DNA from: Eledone cirrhosa
Taxonomy: Eukaryota
Length of the DNA: 64,000 bases
Assembly: GCA_964016885.1 (NCBI GenBank)
Contig: OZ024747.1
Location: forward strand, 50,096,001-50,160,000
Direction: 5' to 3'
The position numbers and the translations under genes were made by a program. The notes beneath the pieces were generated by a model. The model was not told where the DNA came from, searched no databases, and was given only the letters and a program-made list of their open reading frames with translations. Positions 27,650 through 39,684 of this stretch are shown in pieces; position 1 is the first letter of the stretch, and each line of letters begins with the position of its first letter.

Positions 27650-28425
27650 GTCTGGTGATGGTGGTGATGATGTTGTTTGTGGTGGTTGTGGAGGTGGTGG
27701 TTGTGGTGGTTGTGGAGGTGGTGGTGGCAGTAGTGGTGGTAGTAGTGATGGTGGTGATGATGTTGTTTGTGGTCATGGTGATGGTGGTTGTGGTGGTTGT
27801 GGAGGTGGTGCTGGCAGTAGTGGTGGTAGTAGTGATGGTGGTGATGATGTTGTTTGTGGTCATGGTGATGGTGGTTGTGGTGGCTGTGGAGGTGGTGCTG
27901 GCAGTAGTGGTGGTAGTAGTGATGGTGGTGATGATGTTGTTTGTGGTCATGGTGATGGTGGTTGTGGTGGCTGTGGAGGTGGTGCTGGCAGTAGTGGTGG
28001 TAGTAGTGATGGTGGTGATGATGTTGTTTGTGGTCATGGTGATGGTGGTTGTGGTGGCTGTGGAGGTGGTGGCAGTAGTGGTGGTAGTAGTGATGGTGGT
28101 GATGATGTTGTTTGTGTTCGTTGTGATGGTGGTTGAGGTGGCTGTGGAGGTGGTGGCAGTAGTGGTGGTAGTAGTGATGGTGGTGATGATGTTGTTTGTG
28201 GTCATGGTGATGGTGGTTGTGGTGCTTGTGGAGGTGGTGGCAGTAGTGGTGGTAGTAGTGATGGTGGTTGTGGTGGTCGTGGTAGTCTTGGTGGTAGAGG
28301 TAGTGATGGTTGTTGTGATGATGGTGGTAGTGATTGTGGTGGCGGCAGTTGTATTGTTTGGGATGGTTGTGATATTGTTCGTGGTAGAAGTGATGGTTGT
28401 GATGATGGTGGGGTTGAGGGGGTAG
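27650..28425. repeat. (gtg/gat/gta) trinucleotide array with ~90-bp super-period
   Basis: atgatgttgtttgtggtcatggtgatg recurs regularly. Confidence 0.93.
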
Positions 28426-28519
28426 TGTGTGTGTGTATGTAGCTATACATGTATGTATGTGTATCTATCTATCATATGTCTGTACATAAGCTAACATTAA
28501 ATGATGATGTGTATATATA

Positions 28520-28790
28520 TATCATTTCATTCATCATCATTTCATTTTACGTCCGCTTTTTCCCTGCTTGCAAGGGTGGGACGGGAACTGATTCTGGCTT
28601 GATTTCTACAGCTGGATGCCCTTCCTAACACCAACCTCATTTACAGTGAGTGCTGGGTGCTTTTTTGCCGTGGCACCTCCACGACCACTTTACAGTGGAA
28701 TGATATGGACCCCAGTCTCTATCATCTCATTTCTACAGCTGAGTAAACTGGAGCAATGTGAAATAAAGTTTTTTGCTCAAGGAAACAACA
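28520..28790 (-). mobile_element. Family A SINE, 5'-truncated
   Basis: Reverse complement of 2935-3190. Confidence 0.87.
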
Positions 28791-28802
28791 ATATATATAT
28801 AT

Positions 28803-28834
<32 letters not shown>

Positions 28835-29041
28835 TGTTTAACATCCATCTTCCACGTTAGCATGGGTTAAAAGGTTTTGTTCCATTTGATGTGGGAATGG
28901 TCGGGAGACCGTGTCTCGCTCGTACGGAAGTGTCTCTGGCAGGTTTTTTACAGCTGGATGCCCTTCCTAACACCAACCACATTTACAGTGTGGACTGGGA
29001 GCCTTTTTACCGTGTGTCCTACACAGTATATATATATATAT

Positions 29042-29872
29042 ATACTAGGGTAAGAACGGGATGGAAGAAGTTTAGGGAACTACTACCACTGCTAGCTGCA
29101 AAAGGCTTCTCCCTCAGAATGAAAGGCAGACTGTATGATGCGTGTATCCGAACAGCGATGTTGCATGGTAGTGAGACCTGGGCGCTGAAGGTGGAAGACT
29201 TACGTAGATTAGAGAGAAACGAAGCCTGCATGCTCCGATGGATGTGTAACAGTAATATACGTGAACGACAAAGCATAAAGGAATTGAGAGAGAGACTGAG
29301 CATAAGAGGAATCAAATGCTGCGTGCAGGAGAGGCGGTTACGCTGGTATGGACATGTGATGCGTATGAAGGATGACAGCTGCATAAAAAGGTGCAGAGCA
29401 CTAGAAGTTGATGGAAACCGCGGAGTGGGGAGACCCAAGATGACTTGGGATGAGGTGATAAAAGCCGACCTTACCCAACTACACCTCTCAAAGTCAATGA
29501 CACACGACCGTGACTTCTGGCGTCACGCAGTAATACAGGGTACCCGACCTCCCATGGGTACATCTGAAGCATATAAACAATATGCCCCCACTCCCCCCCA
29601 CCGCAAGGTGGTCGTGGAGGTGCCACGGCAAAAAAGCACCCAGCCCACACTGTAAAGTGGACGTGTAGGCGCCACGAAAAAGCACCCAGCACTCACTGTA
29701 AATGAGGTTGGTGTTAGGAAGGGCATCCAGCTGTAGATATTCAAGCCAGATCAGTTCCTGTATGAGCAAGGCATGGTCAGCCGACCAGACACTGCCCACA
29801 ACAGGACAACCCGTCTAACCCATGCTAGCATGGAAGAACGGACGTAAAACGGTGATGATGATGATGATGATG
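29042..29872 (+). mobile_element. RTE LINE 3' portion with intact frame, same family as 7118-8375
   Basis: TRVRTGWKKFRELLPLL...RLRWYGHVMRM...GRPKMTW; 3' UTR; (gat)n tail; starts in (TA)n. Confidence 0.93.
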
Positions 29873-30006
29873 ATATATATGGATGTATATATAATGTATT
29901 TTGCAATACACTTTATGCTTAATTAAAAGCATTTTGAAAACCGTATGCTATTGTTTTAGAGTAGTGACAAATTCACTTACTTTAATCTCAGCAAACAGGG
30001 GAGATA

Positions 30007-30051
30007 AGCCGACAAGACCTTGTTTCGCATTTATTGATGCTTATCAAGGCT
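30007..30051 (-). ncRNA. Hammerhead ribozyme, U3-A8 core variant (GUC site)
   Basis: agcc TTGATAA gcat caataa atgc GAAA caaggtcttg TC ggct. Confidence 0.75.
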
Positions 30052-30266
30052 AACTACTCCCTCCTGTCTGCCGAGATCACTGATGTTATATTCTTATAGA
30101 ATTCTAGTAAATAATCAGGAACTGATTATACAGAGCGGTTGTTGGTCAGGCAGAAATTAAAAATTAGAATTGGAGCTCTGAAATAGCAATATATATATGG
30201 ATGTATATATAATGTATTTTGCAATACACTTTATGCTTAATTAAAAGCAGACAGGAGGGAATAGTT

Positions 30267-30311
30267 AGCCTTGATAAGCATCAATAAATGCGAAACAAGG
30301 TCTTGTTGGCT
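30267..30311 (+). ncRNA. Hammerhead ribozyme, U3-A8 core variant (GUU site)
   Basis: Inverted copy of 30007-30051 with C17 changed to U. Confidence 0.68.
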
Positions 30312-30462
30312 TATCTCCCCTGTTTGCTGAGATTAAAGTGAATTTGTCACTACTCTAAAACAATAGCATACGGTCTTCAAAATGCTTTTAATTAAGCATA
30401 AAGTGTATTGCAAAATACATTATATATACATCCATATATATATTGCTATTTCAGAGCTCCAA

Positions 30463-30507
<45 letters not shown>

Positions 30508-30511
30508 TTAT

Positions 30512-30697
30512 AATTGTTTCTACTTTTGGCACAAGGCCAGCAATTACCCAGTATATTACTGGTACTTTATTTTATCGACCCTGTAAGGATGAAAGGCAAA
30601 GTTAACCTCGGTGGGATTTGAACTCAGACCATAAAGGGCCGTAACTCTTTGCTGCAAAGCATGGCGTCCGACCCTCTACCGATACTGCCACTCCACC
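30512..30697 (-). mobile_element. Family B SINE
   Basis: Reverse complement of 41646-41840. Confidence 0.88.
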
Positions 30698-30840
30698 ATA
30701 TATACATTTATAATATATATATACATATCACCCAACCCAACTTGCCTCTAAATGGGACAAACCCATCGAGCCCATGCTAGCATGGAAGATAGACGTAAAT
30801 CGATGATGATGATGATGTTATATATATATATGTATGTATT

Positions 30841-31270
30841 CCAACGTCACTATGAGCGCTACATCATCTGCATGATGTGGAAAATATTCCATCAGCATTG
30901 CCCAAATGATGTTGGCATCCCCTTTAAGATACACCCAAGGCTTGGGCCTTGAGCTATCCGCCCACAACAAAAATGTCATAACAACAATATGGCACAATTA
31001 TTTCACCTCAATTGGCCCCGCTCTCTTTAACATTACACCAAAACACATTAAAACGGAAACAGATCCCATAAAGTTCAAGAAGTCTTTGGACAAATTCCTT
31101 CAAGAAATCCCGAATAAACCTCCCACACCTGGGTATGTCTCAAACAATAACTCTCTACTTGAGTGGGCCATGGTGTCCAAATTCTTATTTGAAAGACTTC
31201 GCCAGGTGGTGATATTAAGTTAGACATGGCCTGGGCCAATACTGGCTAAAACGTATCAAAGTTAAGTTAT
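30841..31270 (+). mobile_element. CR1/L2-group LINE 3' fragment
   Basis: QRHYERYIICMMWKI and FTSIGPALFNITPKHIK...FKKSLDKFLQEIP resemble the ORF2 C-terminus of this group. Confidence 0.7.
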
Positions 31271-31347
31271 CAAAGCTATATATATATATATATATATATA
31301 TAATATGGAAATACAAAGTTAAGATGATAAAATCCTTTATTGATAAA

Positions 31348-31425
31348 GCCGTAATACATATTTCAAGGATGACATTGGTTATGTAATTCAACGTAGAAGC
31401 CAGTGCCATGCTCTCATCAGACAGC
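31348..31425 (-). ncRNA. Type I hammerhead motif (AUU site)
   Basis: gctgt CTGATGA gagcatggcactgg...ccaatgtcatcctt GAAA t atgt att acggc; stem II has 12 of 14 pairs. Confidence 0.7.
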
Positions 31426-31735
31426 GTCTTACATAATAAAGTTACAATCAAGGAGGAAGTCCAAAATTGAAGGGACAAGGGAATGGACAAACAGCGATGT
31501 TCATTAATCGAATGCCCGTTCCCCTGTGAGCTTCAATTCGTGCCAACAGGTCTGTGTATGTTGTACTACAATACATGTATGTATGTATATATATGTACGT
31601 ACATATGTATGTATGTAATGTATGTGTGTTTGTGTGTGTTTGATATATACTTGAATGTGTGTGAAATTTACATGGGGATTTGAGAAATAGTTTATGTCAC
31701 ATGATGTGAGATTTAACAGTAAAAATAGGTAGTTA

Positions 31736-31779
<44 letters not shown>

Positions 31780-31907
31780 CATTCATATATTCATACACAC
31801 ACACAAATATATATATATATATATACATACTCATACACATACATATATGCAAAAATACATATACATATATATATTTATTATCATCATCATGTATTATTAT
31901 TATTGAA

Positions 31908-32095
31908 TTGGCAATATCGGTAGAGCGTAGACAACATGCTTTGCAGCATAGACTTATGGCCCTTTACGTTCCGAGTTCAAATCCCGCCAAGGTTAACTTT
32001 GCCTTTCATCCTTAGAGGGTCGATAAAATAAAGTACCAGTAATGCACTGGGATAATTGCTGGCCTTGTGCCAAAAGTAGAAACAATTATTTATTA
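31908..32095 (+). mobile_element. Family B SINE
   Basis: Same body; (att)n flanks. Confidence 0.87.
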
Positions 32096-32104
32096 TTATT
32101 GTTG

Positions 32105-32600
32105 TATTATTCCGTTTAGCTCAGGTCTGTTTCTCTATTGCCGGGTCCATGCCTTGAGCCTAGGGCAATAGATGTTTTCATTGTAGATAGAGAACTCGTC
32201 TGAGAATGTGTGCTGTTCCTACTAGTCCAATCTTCTGTAGCTCATAATTGCTGATCTTGCAAGGACGCTAAGGTACGGGTCTGAGGATTTGAGTATTAAT
32301 CCTAATGTTCTTATTACCACAGGGATAGTGTTTGTGGTCATCCTCCACATGCGGTTGGTCTCTATTTCCAGGTCTTTGTATTTTGACAGTGTTTCTATTG
32401 TTTTTATAGATGTATTCTTATCAGCTGGTACGGGAATATCTATAAGACTACATGTCTGATCTGTTTTGTTTTTATGATACCTGGTCTGTTGGCAACGATT
32501 TCTCGGTCGGTTACCACAGGCAGATCCCACAAGATGGATTTGTTGCCCTTTTCCATGACTGTTTTTGGTTGATGTTCAAACCATTTGTCAGTAGTAGGGA
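32105..32600 (-). mobile_element. R4/Dong-like LINE 3' fragment
   Basis: CSLIDIPVPADKNTSIKTIETLSKYKDLEIE and LVGTAHILRRVL. Confidence 0.85.
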
Positions 32601-33480
32601 ATGGGTGAGCCTTCATGGGACCCTACACCCTGCTAATATTGGTTTCGTGCCGGACACTTCATTGGACCATGAACCCCACTGATGCATGGGCTAGACCCAT
32701 ACTAGGGTCAGCGGCTATGGGAGAGTACCCAGACAGAAAACTAATGCCATAACAAAATGATGGTCCAAACAAGAAATAAATCATACCGCATCAGTCATCA
32801 CGTGGATTACCAAGGACTGCGCGCTTCGGCAAGGAACCACACAGAGGTCGAAAAATCAGCAAATGGAACCCCCCCATCCCCCCGTAACCCTCATACTGAG
32901 GACAGATGTCACTCGGTGACAACACCAAGGTACATGATAAAAAGCCACAACAAAGATGAACCAGAGAAGAATACAAAGCAGTGATGGCTGCATACTATAC
33001 TGCCAACCCGTTTCCAAGAGAGAACTTGTCAACACAAGAAACTTATACTATCTTGAGGAATTCCAGCCCAAACTCCAGAGAATACATGGACATGAATAAG
33101 TTAGCTAATGTGAGAAGAGGACATTATGAGGAGCAAAAGACTCACTGAATTAGAACTGGAAACCATCAATGCAGAGATAGGTGAGCAACATAACAACCCC
33201 AGTCAAGAAGGAGACCTTCATACAACAGAAGCAGCAGACGGTGAGAGTATTATTGAAACTCCCACAGATGAGCACCTTCCTGAACATGAACATGTAGGTG
33301 ATGGCTCAATAGTTGATGCTGCTGTCTGGACAATGAAGGAAGATATTCTGAAAAGGCAGAACTTGATAGATCGGACAAAACTCCAGAAAGTGCTCAAAGT
33401 CATTCATCAACTGATGAAGTGGGTAAATCTCAGATCCTTTGCCTGCCAACTGATGTTACTTATCAACAGATAAGATGGTG
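32600..33480 (+). mobile_element. Probable R4/Dong-like LINE 5' fragment
   Basis: KLANVRR / RSKRLTELELETI resembles the R4-type N-terminal region; frameshifted. Confidence 0.5.
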
Positions 33481-33534
33481 TCATCAAGTCACCCATATCT
33501 CTATATAGATGTAGATGCAAGGATCTGACGTCAC

Positions 33535-33777
33535 TGTTCTCATTCAACCAGTGACATACCACTCCATGTTCTTATTCAACCAGTGACATATCACTGCATG
33601 TTCTCATTCAACCAGTGACATACCACTGCATGTTCTCATTCAACCAGTGACATACCACTGCATGTTCTCATTCAACCAGTGACATACCACTGCATGTTCT
33701 CATTCAACCAGTGACATACCACTGCATGTTCTCATTCAACCAGTAGCATACCACTGCATGTTCTCATTCAACCAGTG
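33535..33777. repeat. 32-bp tandem repeat, ~7.5 copies
   Basis: Unit tgttctcattcaaccagtgacataccactgca. Confidence 0.95.
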
Positions 33778-33950
33778 GAGGCCAGTTTCAAGTCCCTCCA
33801 GTTTTCTCTTTACTTATTTAGATTCATCAGAAAAAGCTGAAATAAGTCAAACTGTTATAAATATTCTCAACTTCCAAATTGTGTTACTTTCTCTTTTCTT
33901 TCAATTGTAGCCAAATGTTTTTTGTGTATGTGCACATGCATGTGTATTTG

Positions 33951-34009
<59 letters not shown>

Positions 34010-34012
<3 letters not shown>

Positions 34013-35040
34013 ATCATCATCCTCACCATTTAATTTCAATTTTTCCATGCTAGTATAGGTTAGTCTGGTTGTACCATTGAAGAACTGATTTTAGCTTGGT
34101 TTCTATGACTGGATGCACTTCCTAATGCGAACCACATTTACAGTTAGTACTGGGTGATTTTAGTCATGACACCAACACGACCACTTTACAGTGTGGGCTG
34201 GGTGCTTTTTGTTGTGACACCAACACAACCACTTTGTAGTGTGAGCTGGGTGCTTTTAGTCATGACACCTACACTACCACTTTACAGTGTGGGCTGGGTG
34301 CTTTTTGTTGTGACACCAACACAATCACTTTACAGTGTGGGCTGGGTGCTTTTAGTCATGACACCAACACGACCACTTTACAGTGTGGGCTGGGTGCTTT
34401 TTATTGTGACACCAACATAATCACTTTACAGTGTGGGCTGGGTGCTTTTAGTCATGACACCAACACGACCACTTTACAGTGTGGGCTGGGTGCTTTTAGT
34501 CATGACACCAACACGACCACTTTACAGTGTGGGCTGGGTGCTTTTTATTGTGACACCAACACAATCACTTTACAGTGTGCGCTGGGTGCTTTTAGTCATG
34601 ACACCAACACGACCACTTTACAGTGTGGGCTGGGTGCTTTTTGTTGTGACACCAACACAACCACTTTACAGTGTGGGCTGGGTGCTTTTAGTCATGACAC
34701 CAACACAATTACTTTACAGTGTGGACTGGGTGCTTTTTGTTGTGACACCAACACAACAACTTTGCAGTGTGGGCTGAGTGCACTTTTTGTCATGTCGCCA
34801 TCATGACCACTTTACAGTGTGGGCTGGAAGCTTCACTCGATGTATTCAACAGTCAGACCTCATGGTAGATATATGGGATGGTGCATACTATATATATATG
34901 TATGCTAGAGCCTGTTCTCACGAGAGAAGGGGTGGGGTGAGGTGGGAGAGGATGGTGCATACTATATATATGTATGCTACAGCTTCAGCCTGTGCTCATG
35001 GGAAGGCAGGTCTTCTGTATTACTGCATAACGCCAGTCCT
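34010..35040 (-). mobile_element. RTE 3' UTR copy whose internal 48-bp unit has expanded to ~14 copies
   Basis: Tail and ORF-end similarity to 8020-8375; array 34150-34830. Confidence 0.8.
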
Positions 35041-35694
35041 GTATACCAACAGACAGACACACATACATATGTATGTTTATCCAATATATATATGAAATAA
35101 AACAGAAATCTAGGAGTCACAGTAGAGTAAGCTCCCCTTCACGAACAATATAGTCTCTACTTTACGAACTTTATTGTCTCTGTTGGTGATGTATTTACTT
35201 AAACTTGAGTTTATTTCTTGCTTCGGGAATTTGGTTATTACTGTTTTATATATATATATTTTGGGTCTGTCCCGGTATCAAAGGCTATTGCTCAATATAG
35301 GCTTGTTATTTTTATTGATTTATTACTTTAAATTGAGTCAGGCAAATCATATTGTTTTAAATTAGTATTTTTTCAACCTAGCTAACTTGGTCATTTGCAA
35401 TTGGAACACATCATTTCACCACCATTTTACGTCTGCTTTTCCCTGCTTGTATACTTATGTATACTTATATCTGTGTTCACCCCTCTCATATATCCAATTA
35501 TATTACACGGCTCAGAAAGTTTCCCTTCTTTGAGCTATTTAATTGTAAAAGACTATTTTGAGTTTATAACTCAATCTATGATATATATATATATATGAAT
35601 ATATATGTGTGTGTTTATATAATATATATGTATGTGTTTATATAATATATATGTATGTGTGTGTATAGATATATATGTTTGTGTTTATATAATA

Positions 35695-35740
<46 letters not shown>

Positions 35741-35743
<3 letters not shown>

Positions 35744-36369
35744 CGTGTAGACGATATTTGTTTGCAATTTTCAACTGCTAATTTTATGCAAATTTTTTAA
35801 ACTTTCGTTGTCACTCTTGTCTTCATAAAAACAGTGACTATATTTCCATTATTTATTTTCAGAATAATTGATTGTGAATAATTTTGAACCTCCAAATTTC
35901 TGGATCGACCAGATAGCTGCAGGTAGGCCGTACTTATGGCAGCAAGACTCAGCGCCCTGCCATACCAGCCGAAAGACCCAAGCCTGGCTGTCAGAGAACT
36001 TCGTCGACCACACTTCACCTGACATCTGGCCTCCCAGCTCGCCTGACTGCAACCCCCTCGACTTCTTTGTGTGGGGCGCAGTGGAACGAGACACCAACAG
36101 ATCTAGCTGTAATACGAAAGACAATCTGAAGGCCAGGATCACAAGTGCCTTTAGGGGCCTAAGTCGGGGGACAGTGACGAAGGCCTGTAGCCGGTTCCGA
36201 GGCCGCCTTGAGGCCGTCATCAAAGCCAATGGCGGGTTTATCGAGTGAGATCGAAAGAACAAGTCATGAAGACAAACTGACCCAAGTTTGATAAATATAT
36301 CTTAAAAAATAAAACTATTGTGTTACTTTTTCCTAGACAGTAATCTTGCGAACAAATATCGTCCGCACC

Positions 36370-36372
<3 letters not shown>
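35741..36372 (+). mobile_element. Internally deleted Tc1/mariner element, DD37D (maT) type
   Basis: 27-bp TIRs (cagcgtgtagacgatatttgtttgcaa vs cagggtgcggacgatatttgttcgcaa), TA flanks; QQDSAPCH...WPPSSPDCNPLDFFVW with 37 residues between the last two Asp. Confidence 0.92.
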
Positions 36373-36449
<77 letters not shown>

Positions 36450-36699
36450 TTATATAATATATATGTTCATAATATATATATATATTTTATATTTTTCAGT
36501 GACTGTGAAGAACTGCTGTGTTAAGTGAAGAGGTTCTAGTGGCATAATATTTCTGAGACATATACACATATAAACACTGTCACACACATATATATATACA
36601 TATACCCATCTATCTATAAATATATATATAAATATATATGAATATATATATATATAAATATATATATATATAAATATATATATGAACATATAAATATAT

Positions 36700-36730
<31 letters not shown>

Positions 36731-36749
36731 AATATATATCTATCTATAA

Positions 36750-36780
<31 letters not shown>

Positions 36781-36836
36781 AATATATATATAAATATATA
36801 TATATCTATAAATATATATATATAAATATATATATA

Positions 36837-36886
<50 letters not shown>

Positions 36887-37462
36887 CATATATATATAAA
36901 TATATATATACATATATAAATATATATATAAATATATATTTCAGTTTAGTAGTCAGTTACAAATATTAAGCTCTAAGAAAATACTTCTGAGCATTACATT
37001 ATAGTTTCTATAATATAAATATATATATACATATATATATATACATATATATATATACATATACACACACACACACGTGTGTGTGTGCGCACTGAAACAC
37101 ATACATAAACATACATTTAGATACATACATACATGCATGGACACACACATGCACATATTATGGCAGGCATGAAGCATAGAAGACAAATATATATTTAGAG
37201 AGGGGGCTGAGCATACATTAGGGGGTTGCACTAGCTGTGGTGTTTAGTTCTCACTGTCAGTGTGGATTCTGTGTGGGGGTGAAATGAGTATATTTGTGCC
37301 ATGCAGTATTGTTGCACCCAGATCTAACCGAGGTACATAGCAGAAGAGTGGCTGGGTGGATGGAGCTGTTGTGTCCAGCTTGATTGTTTTGTTGGACTCC
37401 ATCTCTTATGGCCAGTCGCGGTCACCTGACTCCTCGACGACCGATTAATAGATTGAAAAATC

Positions 37463-37581
37463 ATGTTGGCCAAACTACAGAGTGTGGTCAAGGGGGGCGT
37501 TGGGGTTGGGGGTGGAGGTGGGGACGGCGTGACTGGAGGAAGAGGAAGAGAAAGAAGAGGTGGCAGAGTTGGGGGAGTTAA

Positions 37582-37616
<35 letters not shown>

Positions 37617-39200
37617 ATAACAACGGAGGTGGTGGTGGTGGTGGTGGTGTCATTGGAAAAGGTGGTGGCAGTAAGGGTGATAGTGGCAATAGTGGTTGTA
37701 GAGTTATGGACATAGAAGACCTAAGCAGAGAGGCTGGTATCAGTGGTGTTGTTGATAGTGGTGTTGATGATGACATTACAGATGCCCAGAAGAGAAACGC
37801 CCATGCTAATCATCACGCTGGCCATAATGTCCACCACAATGTTAGTATCGGTCATCTCGGTAATGTTCATGGTGACAATGAAGATGACAACGAAAACAAC
37901 AGCATTTACAACATCAACAACAACAAGAACAAGAAAGACAGCAGCATCACTACCAACAATAACAACAACAGCATCACTGACCATGATATTAGCAATGACT
38001 ACAGTATAGGAAGTAGTAGTTATGGTGAGAGCAACTATAATAGTGTCCGTAGCAGCAACACCTATAATAGTAGTAGCAATAGTAATAGTAGTAGTATTAT
38101 TAGTGGTAGTGGTAGTATCAGTATTAGTGGTAGTAGTAGTAGTAGTAGTAGTATAAAGAAGAAAAGCAATAGCAATAACAGTGATAGTTACACCAACTAT
38201 AGCATGTGCCAAGATGTCGAACATTTGGAAAATTTGTCAGATATTTCTCTAGACAGTTGTATTATGGAAGTAGTGCGCACAAAATCAGCTTCAGAAAGGT
38301 GTCCTACACCTTTGACACGGACACCAACACGGACACCAACACGGACACCAACACGAACACCAACACGGACACCAACACGAACACCAACACGGACACGAAC
38401 ACCAACACCAACACCAACACCAACAACAGGTACAACTAAACCTATTATCACTACCACCACAGAAACAACTACAACTTCTACTACTATTAATACTGCTACT
38501 ACTACTACAACTATTACAATTACTTCTAATAATAATAATGATAATAATAATGATATTAGTACTATCACAAGAGTTAGAAAGTTTACATGTCACAGCATTG
38601 ACAGCAGTACTTGCAGTAACAGCAGCTGCAGCAGCTGTAGTTGTAATATGACTAACAGCTGTTGCAACAACCAGTTGCAACCGATGGAGGCAGAAGAAGT
38701 TTCTTTCAACAGTCAAAGTAACAGCTACAACAATAACAAGTGCTACAACAACAACAGCAAGATTGTTCAGAGACAACTACCGCAAGTTAAGATCAAAGTC
38801 GAGGCTCCCAGCAAAGAACTCGACAATAAAAACAGTAGCGGTGGCGGTGAAGGAACCAGAAAGACTCTTAACCAGGCTGAAATCCTCAAAGACCTTGATC
38901 CCTCGTTAGTCACAGCCAATTCTAAAGCTTCAACATTGCCACAGAGCACAGCAACTGCAATAGTTGCAGCTGCTGCACGTAGGACTCAGTCATACAACCA
39001 GAAAACTATGCAGTCAACCATGAAACCACCTGAGAGGCGTGTGACAGCATTTGAGAGGATCTCAACAGACCTAGAGTCAAATCCTAAACTCATCCGAGAG
39101 CTTTCACTTGGAAAGAGGATTGGTTTCTATCGGATCAGAGGAGAATTGGGCAGTGGTAATTTTTCATCAGTGAAGCTTGGCATACATACATTGGTAAAAG
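37463..39200 (+). CDS. NIM1K: NIM1-like Ser/Thr kinase, coding exon 1 (start codon uncertain)
   Basis: ELSLGKRIGFYRIRGELGSGNFSSVKLGIHTLVK (Gly loop); donor AG|GTAAGT at 39200/39201, phase 1. Confidence 0.85.
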
Positions 39201-39495
39201 GTAAGTTCTGCAATATCTACCTACCTCCCTCCCTGTCTCTCTGTCTCTCTGTCTATCTGCCTGTCTCTCTGTCTCTCTGTATGACTGTCTGTTTATTTGT
39301 CTGTCTGTATGTCTTTATGGTTGTCTCCCTATCTGTCTCTTTGCCCACGTGCCTGTCAGCCATCTGTCTGCCTTCTATTTACCTATCTGTCTGCCTTCTA
39401 TTTACCTATCTGTCTGCCTTCTATTTACCTATCTGTCTACCTGTCTGTCTATTTGTCTATCTGTCTGTCTGCTACCTATTTCTCAATCATTATCA

Positions 39496-39684
39496 GGCGG
39501 TGGATTGGCAGTATCGGTAGAGGGTTGGACGCCATGCTTTCCAGCATAGTTACGTCCCTTTACGATCTGAGTTCAAATCCCGCCGAGGTTGACTTTGCCT
39601 TTCATCCGTACAGGGTCGATAAAATAAAGTACCAGTAATGCACTGGGTAATTGCTGGCCTTGTGCCTAAAGTAGAAACAATTAT
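39496..39684 (+). mobile_element. Family B SINE (intron 1)
   Basis: Full head ggcggtggattggcagtatcgg through aacaatt. Confidence 0.88.

Larger units (their letters stand above)
29873..30469. mobile_element. Hammerhead-bearing element: 318-bp monomer plus partial tandem (-), then inverted partial copy (+)
   Basis: ggatgtatatataatg repeats at 29881 and 30199; 30248-30469 is an inverted copy; (TA)n at both ends. Confidence 0.75.

Noticed and set aside
27567-28450. Gly/Cys-rich and Thr-rich ORFs
   Set aside because: All frames open because of the 3n repeat; no splice or domain support
39201-39520. Hydrophobic continuation of the 685-aa ORF
   Set aside because: Intronic (ctgt/ctat) repeat after a canonical donor; the kinase continues at 43544
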